Source: Phoronis australis
Lineage: Eukaryota; Animalia; Phoronida
Length of the DNA: 64,000 nucleotides
Direction: 5' to 3'
Assembly (NCBI GenBank): GCA_002633005.1
Contig: NMRA01000024.1
Coordinates: 575,803-639,802 of the forward strand
Shown here: positions 1-12,600 of the stretch, piece after piece
Numbering within the stretch: position 1 is the stretch's first letter
Layout: every line of letters begins with the position of its first letter
Notes under the pieces: model-generated
Told to the model about the DNA's origin: nothing
What the model saw: the letters and a program-made list of their open reading frames with translations, nothing else
Databases searched by the model: none
Translations under genes and position numbers: made by a program

Positions 1-527
1 GGTACAGCAATGGCTTTGTACATTAATGCGCCCTGTTAGTATTTGCAAAAGGAGAAAGGATGTTCAACATTTAGTAACACGGTCAAAAAGTATGTCTTCC
101 TGCATTTTTTGGCTATTTTTAGATTAAATGTTCCGTGGGTGTGGTCATACCAAATGGAATAGTATACTGAGCAGTTGACCAAGATTTTTGTTTTTATTTT
201 TATTTGACTACATTTTAAATTCCTTGTCATCAACATAGGTCCATTTAATTGTATTTTGAATTCCTCCAAATATTTAGTTGGCTGTGTTTTGATTTCCTTT
301 GTGTTTATACTATATTTAGCCCTGTTTTGAATTCCTTAGTGTTTACTTTGGCTTTCAGTAAGGGGAAATTTTGGCAAAAACAAAACATTAAAAAGAAGTG
401 GAAAGCGATGAGGGCGAGTTATCAACTAGGTGTCACCAGAATTTGTTCCTGTTCGTGTTTTCAGTTTTTTTCTGCTAAGTGAAATTTCTGTCCGTAATCC
501 TTGCTCATCTCCTGTTTGTTCTGACAG

Positions 528-689
528 TGGATGGACAGTGGTCTGACTGGTCATCGTGGTCCAAGTGCGGTGCCGACTGCAAGCATCACAAACGGCGCCT
601 GTGCAACAGACCCGCCCCCCAGCACGGGGGTCTCTATTGTCGTGGCAACGACTTGGTGACGACCAATTGCAGTGGAGGAACTTGCCCAG
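528..689 (+). CDS. unc5: unc5 exon: second TSP1 repeat (VDGQWSDWSSWSKCGADCKHHKRRLCNRPAPQHGGLYC)
   Basis: WSxWSxW..C..R.R.C TSP1 motif; ctgacag acceptor, gtcagt donor, phase 1-1. Confidence 0.93.
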
Positions 690-3600
690 GTCAGTTGGAG
701 CAGACGTTCAGTGTCAAACCTATTTCTTCGGGATTTTCAATGTTAACAAATCTTTGAAATGCTCAAAGTGTTTTTGGAGCGCCAAACCCCAGTCCTATGT
801 ACAGGAGGTGTCATTTTGTCCATTCCTTGCAGATAATTTTTCAAATTTTTGGAAAATTGTAAAAAGATTTGAAAATGTACATTGACCGTTTCCCCTCCCT
901 TCACTATTGAGAACGTTGATAATTATGTTCTCTCTTGTTAATCTGTCCTTTATCTTGGTTGATGCCCGAAGTATTTGTTATATCATTAATTAGATAAAAT
1001 GTATGTTTTAGGTTGAAATGACGTCTGTGTAAAAATACGGAAATTTACAAGAAGTTTTTATTGTATCCGAAATGCTAGACAAAGTGCCAGAATTTCTTGG
1101 ACTACATTTTTTTTGTGCTAAAAAGTTTAGGTATTTTTTTGTTTAATACTGTTATTTATGTTTTGCAGCGGGTTCCGAAGACGGGTTGCAGCATGAGGCT
1201 AAAGAGGGTAAGTGAAGTTCCTAACTCCCAAAAAAATCCCAGCAGGGGTGACAAATTGTTTTACTTCGTCTTCTGAAACTTGGTGATATACCGAAAAAAA
1301 TTTTAATGTGGGACAAAGTAATTGCTTTGACTTTTTTCTGTTTTTCATAAGCTTACAGCATTTTTGCAAATATTCTAAACTGTACCAAAGTTTGTTTGTA
1401 ATAGCTACACCAACCATGCTGAAAGCAAAGTAAATTTTCCTGAATATTTATTTCTGTTGAGTAATTTGACAAAATGAAATTTCACGTGGTGGCCATATTG
1501 TGTCCCGCTACGTGATTGCCTCTTTTCTTATCAGCATGAATGGAAGAGTGTTACGGTATTCCCTTACAAGATCAAACGGTTGTGAATACTGTGTAGAAAA
1601 GAATAGTTCTGAAATTTTCATTTACTTAGCTTCTGAAGAGTAAACAATTTCCCACGCTTCCTGCCAGCTTTCATGCAGAACAGTTGGTTACATTTGGTGT
1701 TTAGTTGCTGGGGGAATGTGGCAAGTGGCCATATAATTTGCCAGATGACCACATGTCTTCAGCTTCAGGAAAGTTTAGGTGATGGTCAGTATTGTAGTTC
1801 CTGTAAACACAAAAAAAATGTTTGGCTATTCCGCAGTCTCACATCTGGCCCATGAACAGTTGCTATTTAATCCATAAACCAACCTTTGATCACATAAAGT
1901 CGCGTGGGTATAGGCCTTTTAAAATTGGCAGCCATTGCTCGAGGAAATGATCGGTGATGAAAATTCTTTATGGCAAGTGTAGTTAGTGTGTTTCGCCTAG
2001 TTGCTTTGGGTTTATTTATTGTCTGGAGAATTAGCTGCCCACACTTAGGGAATGGAAACCAGGATCTCCAGAGTCTTGCACTCCGACCACTGATCAATGA
2101 AGATCATGATGTGAACAGGCCATACATTTCACTTAAAGCTGTCTTTGCTGCATAATCCCCTCACTCAGGAATGGTATTACAATAAATATTCCTCTGTGGT
2201 AATTTTTAGGGTGGAAAACTATGTAGAAAAAGGTGTTTAGCTGTTTTGACTTCTCCCGTGACTTATGACAGCTTGCTTAAAATTAAAACTTGAGCTAGTC
2301 ATGACCAATTAATGTGTGCTCACAAAATTGTTTTGAAAGAGTGACATCGTTTAGTGGAGGCTGTGGATCATATTTCCAGGTTTATTCAGTTGGTTTATTT
2401 TCTATTGATATACTTCCAAGTCTTTTATTTTAATGCACAGTTCACCATTAGTAGCCGGTGTTTGTAAAGACCCCAGGGGTATAGTATGCAGACAGTTCAT
2501 TCCTCCAACAAGATTGGGACATGTTTTATTCACTAGGCAATGTTTTAAATGCAACTTGACAGGAAGTTGCCTGGTGTTGTAACAGTGCACCGCTAGTTAT
2601 TACCCCTCCCCACAGGGGTCCAATTACCGCAGGGCTTGTGTATTAATAAAGTGTCTGCCTGGCTCTCCCCTACTCTGTTGACCAAAAAAATAACAAACAG
2701 TTTTCACATAATTCCGAAGCCAAACGTGTTCATTCCAACTTGACTTTGCACTGAAGGAGCAAGTTAGTTGAACCTTCAAAACTGGCTAGGGTAATAATCA
2801 TTGACGGATGCCACAGCTATCGCAGCTCGATGAGTCACATTGAAGGATCAGAGCTCTGCTGCAAAATCTACCTGTTAACTGCAAAATTAACTTTTGCACT
2901 CGAAGCTACATTTGACCATGTAAACTTTAGTAAGCTAAAAATTGATAATCGTTAACTCTCACAAAGTCAGTCTCGTAATATTCCTTTCCGTGATAGGAGT
3001 TCATTTCCATTACCAACTAGAAGATTGAAACCCTCAGCAATATACTTCAGAGTTGGGGTTGGCTAAACATAAAATTGAGAATTTGTAAATGGCAAACGTA
3101 CGCATTGCCTGTAACTCCAGTTGCTAGTGCATTTGGCAACAACTCAAGATCGAATGAGCATGGTAATATTTTAAATCCCAGAGCGTTTTGGTTAAGAATT
3201 CAACATTGACCGCAAAACAGTGGCGAAATGCCGCTTTAAATTTCATCGAAATGAAGTTGGCTGTTTGTACGCACTGACAGTCCGCCATAACATTCTCATT
3301 TCCATGTAGGTATGAAAAGCCATTGTTATGTAACTAACTGACTACAGGTCCTGTACTTCTAAGCATCTGGTGTTCAATTATTTCATCAGTTGAATTAAAT
3401 TTGCCACCCTGCCATTCATGAAGTGTCTTCTGATAATAGCTTATGTGTTTTAAAGGAGCTGAGATATTGATTCAGTTTTTAACTCACATGTGTTCTTGTA
3501 CTCAAAGAAAGACTGCCAATTGTAGTATTGCTTTCATTTGCTATCAGATGAAATTAAATTTTGATTCGAGTGCTATGATCCACTCTTTATATTACGTCGC

Positions 3601-6600
3601 TCCCACCATCGTTGTCTCCTTTGTGTGGTGTTGCACAGTTTCATATTACGACAATAGTGTTCGAAAATTACAAAATTACTAATTTTTTCTGAAGAAGGAC
3701 TGTGTACATAGTTTTGAAGTTATTGGGAATATTCGGAAATCTTCTTTTAATTGAAATTCATTGGTGACTTTTAAATTTCCAAAGTGACATTGTCTAGAAA
3801 TTGGAATGTTTTTCTTAATTTATAGTCGTTATACTGGATCCTGGCAATTGTCATTCATATGATGTCTCTCAGATTTTTAGAACCAGTATGATGTTAATTA
3901 TTCTCAAAATGCGGGAATGCCAATAAGTATTTATTACCTCGGTACACACTCCAAAAACATTTAAAAGCCAAATTCTTGGACGGATTCCCCCAACTTCCTC
4001 TTGTTCCTTTATCCTCACCAGGCGTGACTGCTAGACTCCCTACCCACGCGTTGACCCATGGCTGGGCCCCTGGTTCACTGCACACTGTAATACAACTTTG
4101 ATTGAAGTGAAATGAATTTTGCCTCAGGCGTATCTGTAGGTTTCATTCTACAGAGCTTTATTAATAGTATCGCTGACAAATCAAAACAGAATTTCCCTCT
4201 AGGCTTGTCTAGATGTGCCCTTCGGGCATAAAATGAGATATTTCCTTAGCTGACTAAGTGTTAATTTAAAGAAAGTTTTCATTGTATATGTTCAAAACCA
4301 TTGATAATCCTTGCTACAGACAAATATTTAATTGTCTACAAAAATCTAGTGGGTTGATGTTTTTTTAGCAATAGTAGGAGTCCTGTTTCTTCATTAATAT
4401 ATTGAAACTTTTCTCAACTATGGATTGAAATTAGAATTTCTTTAATTAGATTTTTAGCCGCTTTTGATTATCCCCTGTCAGACAACTTACGAATGTTTTT
4501 GGTGACGTTATTATTATCTGACGTGAACTGCTGACGAACCTGAAATAATCTCCATGTAAAGATATTAAATCTACTTTAGAAGACCTCAACCAGGGTAAAT
4601 ATGGCCGCCAGTCATATTTATGGCGACCCTTTTGACAGTTATAATTGGTTGTTATGACCATGATGTTGTTAATTTCGGCCCAATCATTTAATGGTGAATT
4701 AGGCAGCTTGGGGCTACTAGTTGAATGGTAATACTTTTCTATGATTCATCATTGTTTGGTCATTTAGGTATTGCAGAGAGAGAACTTGGCTTTATTTGTG
4801 TTCAAGTTGAAGGTGCTGTGGGTGTACTTTCCTTGCCGTTTGTTTTTTTTATATTATACTTATTGACAGCTCATTTTAGCAGTTGTGTGTAGTTCTCGCC
4901 ATGGTGATCATCTGTTTTCACTTCCCTACTGACAATTTCTTGCCATAGCCGGTCATCAGTTCCTTGAATTACGAAGTATTTAGTTTACCTTTAAAATGAG
5001 CCATAAAGATCAAAAAACAGCATTTGGCAATTAATTATTTAGATATTTAATAAAGCCTACATCGCAAAGATATTTTGGAAATGTGAACCGAGAGTAATCT
5101 TTTTAAAATTTCATGCTTTATATTATTTTAAAAACACCTTAAAAAGTATCTAAAAGAATTCTGGGTCATTTGTCTAGATTTTAATATTATTGACATTACA
5201 TACATTGGTTGTATAGGAACAAAAACTACTATCGCCCTCTACCTGATAAGTTAGCTACTTAAGGTAGGTGTATACAGTGGTCAAATCTCCAGGTTCCTAT
5301 CTAAAATGAGTACAAAGGGGGTTTTAACTAGTTTCAAATGACTCTGAAAATGACAAAAACTGACAAAAAAGTTTTTATTGTATTTCTTTTTTTTTAATTG
5401 TATTTTTATTTTTCAAAAAATTCAATTTTACCTCGGATTTTTTTTTCAAAATGCACAGGGATTATCATCAAGTTTCCTGTCACTCAGAGTTGACATAACT
5501 CTATACGTTGCCAGGCAGGAACCACAACATCACCCTCCAGGCACAGACACCTTTCCCTTTAGGTGCCCTGTCAGGCCTAGTTTGCTCTTTGTGACCAGAA
5601 CTGCGCATCTTCACACATTTAGCACATGATATGGAAGGAAACTGGAATTTTATTTTGTAGCCAACAATAAGGTGTAAATTCATTTCCATTGTTCTAAGCA
5701 TGTTCTATGCTATACAACTGTCACATGACAGCACTTTTTGAAGATGCGATTACTTGGATTCAGGTATCCAGCCTTTGAAAAATGAAAAATGGTATATTTG
5801 GAGGTCATTTTTGCAAAGAAATCTTTTTCACTTGATTCATAAGTTTTTATCCCTGTTCTGACAGTTTCCCTCTCTGTTTGCAGTGAATTGGTCCCCCCTC
5901 GTTCTTGCGGCCAATTTGACCACTGCTTCTTGCAGTGAACTTGCCCTCCCCCTCGCCCTTTCCTGTGGTCAATTTGGCAACCTTCCTGTAGTCAATGTGG
6001 TCCCCTACTTGCAGTCAATTTCACCCCCGTTCCTGCAGTCGATTCGACACCCCTCTTGGCCTCAATATGACCCCTGGTTCTTACAGTCATTTATCCTAAT
6101 ACAGTGACATTGTTTCTTAATTATTCTCCAGCTTCGTTACCAAATAACATCTGGCTTTACGTGGGTCTCGGTGGAGCTGGCTTCGTGCTTATTGTCGTCA
6201 TTTTGCTCGTCATATTTCTGGTACGACGGCGTAAGCGTCAAAGGAGCATGTTCGATACAGAAACGGTAACGGACAGTTACCACTCGGACGACGAGAAGAA
6301 AACGATTGGTGTGAATGGTGAGTGGGAGTCTATTAATCACCATTGTTTGCGAATTAAGCTCGTTGTTTTGGGAAATGGTCTTCTTGATCTTTTACTGTTG
6401 ACTTGTTTGTGATTATGTGTTCACATTTTATGTTTATTTAAACGGTGTGTCCTCACATAATGGGGAAGTTATTTTCGTTTTATTGTTCATCTAACTCTTA
6501 ATCTTAGCTCTTTTATAAAATGATTATTGAAAGTGGTTAAACAAAGTGAAAGGTGTATGCAAATATTGCCCTGGATTAGTTCTTTGCTTTGTGAAATTAA

Positions 6601-9600
6601 AAACAAATACTAAGGTTGTAGTTTTTCTTAGATGTAAATATTCCTTCCCTATGTATTATGTATTTTCCAACCGAAGCATGAAAGTTATTTGTATTCAAGT
6701 GTTGGTATTTTCCACTCCATTTTCTCTGGGAGAGTGCAAATCCAGGAATTTAACCTGTTTTTTTACAAATCAATGGCCAGTGTTTAGCAATGGGTCAGGT
6801 TTTAATTTCATGGTCTGTTAGCTTGTGCACAGGCGCAAGTGTGCAGGTGTTCCAAGCAAGAGCCTGTCCATGCATAAATTGTCAACCCCCCAACCCTGCT
6901 TTATCTGCACTTTGTTTGTCTGAGTAAGCCAGCCATAAAATCTGGTGGTATGATATTTCATCCACTGTACAGCTGCGCCAATCGGTCACATGAATTAGTG
7001 GCTATTTCCCTCTGACTGTATTTATTGCTTCCTCTCTTGCTCTGATGGTAACTTTTAGGGTTTTACTCTGTGACCAGGTTGTCTCAAAATAGATTGTAAA
7101 ACGCAGAGAAATGTTCTCAGAAGCCATACTTGTAGTGCTATTAGTATATTAGGGTTCTGCCACCTCTGATTTAATTCAGAACCACGATTTATATGGCTTT
7201 GTGTGTCTGTGTTTACAAAACCATTGACTTCTCCTTTCTTTCACTAATTGAAAAAATATATGCGTAGGGTCACGTGTTATACAAACAGTCATTTTGCAGC
7301 TCAAATTTTTGCACTTCCAGTATGTTAGTTTATTAATTATATAACAATATGCAACAATTCTTGGCAATTTGTGACATTTTTGCTCAACTTAAAGATTCGT
7401 GATGCTAATTTTGCTCTGGTTATGCCGATTATTTTTGGTTGATTTCTTGTTCGTAAACTCAATTCATTGTGTCCACGCTAGGTTGTCTGACCATGCAGCC
7501 AGACATCACCAAGACAGTGGGCCCAGTTCCTGCCCAGAGCGCCTTCAGCCCAGTCGCCCTTCCCACGGACTCCCTAGAGAAGGTTCCAATGCTGCGGACC
7601 AACTCCTCGGGATCTGTTGCCCAGTCCAGCTGCGACAAACACATCTACGTTGAGCTGCCTCAAAATGGCGACATGCTCGACAAACTGGCCAATAGTAAGG
7701 ATTCTGATGGCTCGCTGCCGCCATATGATGAGGTAGAGAGCACAGAGAGACGATCAATTGGTTCCGTTCATGTCCCCTCAAACATCGACCCCGATTGCAT
7801 GGCTTGGGGCATGGTGGGATACCAGGGTGGGAGACTGACAGTCCCTGGCACTGGTAGGTGTTGCGACTTATTACTTTGTTCAATTCAAGCTTCTTTGTGT
7901 CTGGTGGAGTTTGTAAAAAATATTGTGTTGTAATGTGTAAATTGATTTTCTTATGTTTTTGGGATGGCTGTGTTCAGTAGCAGCTGCGTTAAAAATTCTC
8001 AGAATTACTGAGTAATGTAATTTTATGTGTGTTTTATAGCTGACTTGGCACTTAAGTAAATGTATCAGTAAAAGGCTTTTATCTCTCATTTCACCATTTC
8101 CATCGCTTGTTTGTTTAATATAAAGATAGATGGCAGCAGTTGTCAGCTTTGTGGGTAATTGTCATTACAGGTGTCAGTCTGACGATACCAGAGGGTGCTG
8201 TAACCAAAGGTTGTAAGGAAGAGATCTTCATAGCCGTGTGCCGCGAAGACAGAGACAGGCCACAAGTGACAGGTGAACCATTAGTTGTTTACACTGATTG
8301 CCTGTTAAGAGAAATTGCTAATGTCAAGAAATAGAATGTATTTGACCATGTACTAATAAGATACTATTTGCACATGAACAAAGTTAAACGCTAATCAATT
8401 AAGTGAAAAGTTTTCCCCAAACGGTGCTCGTTCAACATGACATAGATTTTGTAAAATAAATTTAATTTTATATAATTAATTTTTTAATTTTGAGCAGTGT
8501 ACCAACAGAGAGGTAGCCACAGTTAACTGGCATTGAATCTCCGCCTTTTAAGTTGATGCGGTCTTCCTCTAATTAAAATAAATAAATACAGTTGCAGTCT
8601 CTGAACAGCGTTTAATGAACATAAGAAAATTAATAGTCAAAACAAATGTACATTGTAGTATGTTTTAGTTTGCATATCCCATATGTAATGTAGTTCACGT
8701 GTTCTCGTCTCTTACAGACAAACAAACAATTCTTAGCCCCGTCGTCCTGCTTGGTCCCCATGGCATGTCGCTACAGAAGTCCGTTGTTCTTTCATTTCCG
8801 CACTGCGCTAGTCTGAAGCATGGCCAATGGAAGGCCACCATGTTGTGCAGTGACGTCTCGTTTACGGAAGTACCTCTATGGAAGGTGAGTAACCTCTCAG
8901 CTTTAATGTCGCAGTTGTTATTTCTTTGCATTTTACGTCAGTTGCTCCATCATCAAACTGGGACAATATGCAGATCTCAAAATTAAAAGTATGTTATTCT
9001 ACTTAGAGGTTCTGTCAATCTAATTCGCGTCATAATTTGATCACTGTCTGTTAATTTTCTGTTCTGTTTCAAAGGCCACTGCATTTTTCTGATTCTTGGA
9101 CGTTGGTTGGTCTGGTGATGACTGTTATCGTTGACACATCGCACGGAATTAAATAATACAACAACTGCACCGCATGGTGCTCATATGGCATTAGATAATT
9201 AGGCAACTACACTTATGGAATCCAATTTACAAGTCGGACATTCACCAGCAAGTGTACAGTCATGAATTTTCATACTCTAAGATGACCTCTGTGTCGGAAG
9301 CTTATATAGCTTCACTCCCTTTAGAATGTACTCATTATGGTTTTAGCCAGTGGTTTAGCATTTGTTAGCGTGTGTTTAAACTAACTTCTAAAATTATAGG
9401 TATTTCAAAATTGCATCGATTTGTAATAGTTTTTGAGGTATAAACAAAACTTAAATGAATTTTTATTAAAATGTCTACTCTAGCCCATGGTGACCCTTGG
9501 TCAAGAGACGATAGCCACTCCTGTGTATTGTCAGCTGGACAACACCTTCTCGCACATGCTCATAGACAACGCGGGCAAGTTCTGCCTGATGGGCGAGTCT

Positions 9601-12600
9601 ATGCATGCTTGTAAAGCCACCAAGATCCTACGTCTGGCGGCATTTGCTGCACCTATGCAGCCTCTGATGGATTACAATCTGAGAGTCTACGCAGTAGAAG
9701 ACACGCCATCAGCCATAGAGGTAAATTTAAGAAGACAATTAAATCTCAAGTTTCTTTTCAATTTTGTATTACGGGGAAATATAATTTACAAATAAGTTAG
9801 CTCAGAAAGTACACAGAAGGATTATGTCCTGGTGTAATTTAAATATAATCACAGGCCTTCTGGACATTTAGATGTAAACATTCTTCAAGGAAATTAATGT
9901 TAAAAATCTGGGTGTGTTACCTTTTTGAGTCAATGTCTTAACCCATCCGTTATGTTTCTCTTAACTTCATAACTGTTCCAGTAATGAGAGCTGTGCCTAA
10001 CATGTTTGCAGTCATGTTGCACTCTCAGTTATTACATTGCTGACATTTGCATGTTTTTCTGGCGAATTAACACTTCTATGACATCTGTTGTGCTTTAAAA
10101 CCTTAATGTGACGTCACTCCTATGTTCTTCAAACCTGCAGCAAGATGGTGGCCCTGGTTAATAGCATCTGTTCTCTCCGCAGGGAGTCATCCAGATGGAA
10201 AAGAAGCTGGGTGGCCGTCTGGTGGACAAACCCAAACAGATTCCCTACCAGGATGGTGGCAATAACCTATGTCTGTTGGTGGAAGATATCTCTGATGGCT
10301 GGAAGAGCAAGCTTCAAGCTAACTATCAGGTGAGCAGATGTGGAGTGTAGTCTCCGTATTGGTCAATAGGTGGTGACACCTGCTGTGATGGTGGTAGTGA
10401 GCATGTTGATTTTGCTACGTTTAATAAGTAACTTGGTTATGGCCGATTCTTGGGCAGAACATTTTGGGGAAAATGCAGAATTTCAATCTTTGTTATGCTT
10501 CTTGTTTTTGCAACATTTCGCATTATTTTGGTGCACGAAGTGATTCTTCTGTATGAGTTGAATTAAAGTACCACGTAACTTTTTTATGCAAACTAAAACA
10601 TCCAAAAGTCCTTGTACAAATACAAATGTACATTACTGAGTTACACGTAAATTCCATGGCATTATTAACTAATCTTGATACAACTACCAGGTGAAATGTT
10701 ATTTCTTACTTTTTCATAAAATGATGTACAGTACCATAATAGCATATTGTACCATAGCGAGCAGTAGAAAAAATTTTGGAAAATTGTGGGCATTCATTAC
10801 AATGCTAGAAAACCTTGAAAAATGAAAAAAGGTGTCACTTTGGAGATTATTTTTGTCTGAAATAGGTGAAATTTTACCGTAACTGTTCCTAATCGCTGTC
10901 TTCAATGTGTACTCGTTGACCTTCTTCAATGTGTACTCGTTGACAATCTTCAATGTGTACTCGTTGACCTTCTTCAATGTGTACTCGTTGACCTGTTTCA
11001 GGAGATCCCCTTCAGGCACATCTGGTCAGGCAACCAGAACCACCTGCACTGTGCTTTCGCCCTGGAAATGATCGCCTCGCAGTCGACGCTCACCTGCAAG
11101 ATCCAGGTGTATCAGAGGGGCACGCTCAGCAATAGACAATCACTACACATTCATGCCAACCTCAATGAGGTATTGCTATTCACGCATTTTTATTTCTGGT
11201 TCGGTTGGATTTCTTTGATGGCCTTTCCCACCAAAGCATATGCAATACAAATTCTTCAGTTAGGCTCAAAAAATCACGGAAAAGTGAACTTAAGTTTGAT
11301 GAATTTTTGGACAAAAGTAACCATTAATATGAAAATTCACTTGTTTTTCCGATTTGAATGATGCTGAAGATCGTTTGGTGCTATTCTGAGACTTCAGCCC
11401 TTGGTAAAATTAAAATTACCAATTATCGTCCAAAATTAAAGAATTTTACCCCGAGTTAATAAAATCTACTTTCATCCTCTTGATATTGTCACCATGTTGG
11501 ATCTAAGTTGACTAGATGGTCGAAATGGAATTAGTTTTTATGTCAACGAATAGTTTGTCTCCAAATTCTAATAACTCTTCCCTTGTAGTCCAGTGAGTTG
11601 ATGCATTTTGCATTGTGAGCTAATGATCCAAGCTCTGCTTGGGAACATTTGTTTCACCTCCCAGTTTTCGACTGACAATTCGTTGAGCTGCAATCATACT
11701 CATAAGGAATGATTATATGAGAGACAAACGTCAAAAACGTAACTATAACTCTCTATATTAATGTGTCTGATACTGATGTCGATGTACGTGTTAAGTGAAA
11801 TTTTTTTCCCACCAGTTGGAGAAATGTCTTAAACGTGTTACTTGACGTCGATTTCAGAGATTACCTCCTAGTCCAAAATTACCAAGGAACAGACAGCAGA
11901 GATCGTCAACTGTGACGACCGGGTCATGTCCCAGTGGTAACGTCGCTTTAGACCCTCCCCAAAATGTATTCAGGTAAGTTCATTGGTGAGTTTTCAGATA
12001 AGTTACGTAAATTTCTTTTGAGCAATTGGAAACTATGGCTGAAGTGAAGCGTGTTGTGTTTCTTCACAATTTGAAACATTTTCATAGAGTTAACGAGATT
12101 TTCTTTTGTCATCAAAATTTGTAGTCTCTGATTATCTTTCCGTGGACAGCCAATGTCCCTTCAGATCAGCACAAAATATTTACCTGCATCACTGTCGTGT
12201 CTTCAAACCATAGCGTACCCAAAAACGTTTCAGTCATCATAACAAAGATTTGTTCTCATCTTTCTAGGTTACCAGGTAAACTGAGAATTAAACTGAGTGC
12301 GTGTTTGGACCCTCCCAACAACAGGGGGAGTGATTGGAGGAAACTAGCTCAACAACTGGAGGTGGATAGGTGGGTGGATAAGGTCATGAGGTCATGTCAG
12401 TTCTATTAATAGTTAAATGAGATAGCCTGTCATCTCATTGGCTAGTGACTAGTAAAGAAATCTGTGCAGGGCTCATTTAAATATGGGCTGCACAATTCTG
12501 TTGAAGAACAGTGCAGTTAACTCGTGCTTGTGATGTAGTTAAAAATGTGTTGATCAAGTGTTGTTTGCTTCGTAATGGTTGTGGGACAGAATTTCATACA

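Noticed and set aside
10714-11019. ORF with VNEYTLKK repeats
   Set aside because: Antisense translation of the 24-bp intronic repeat
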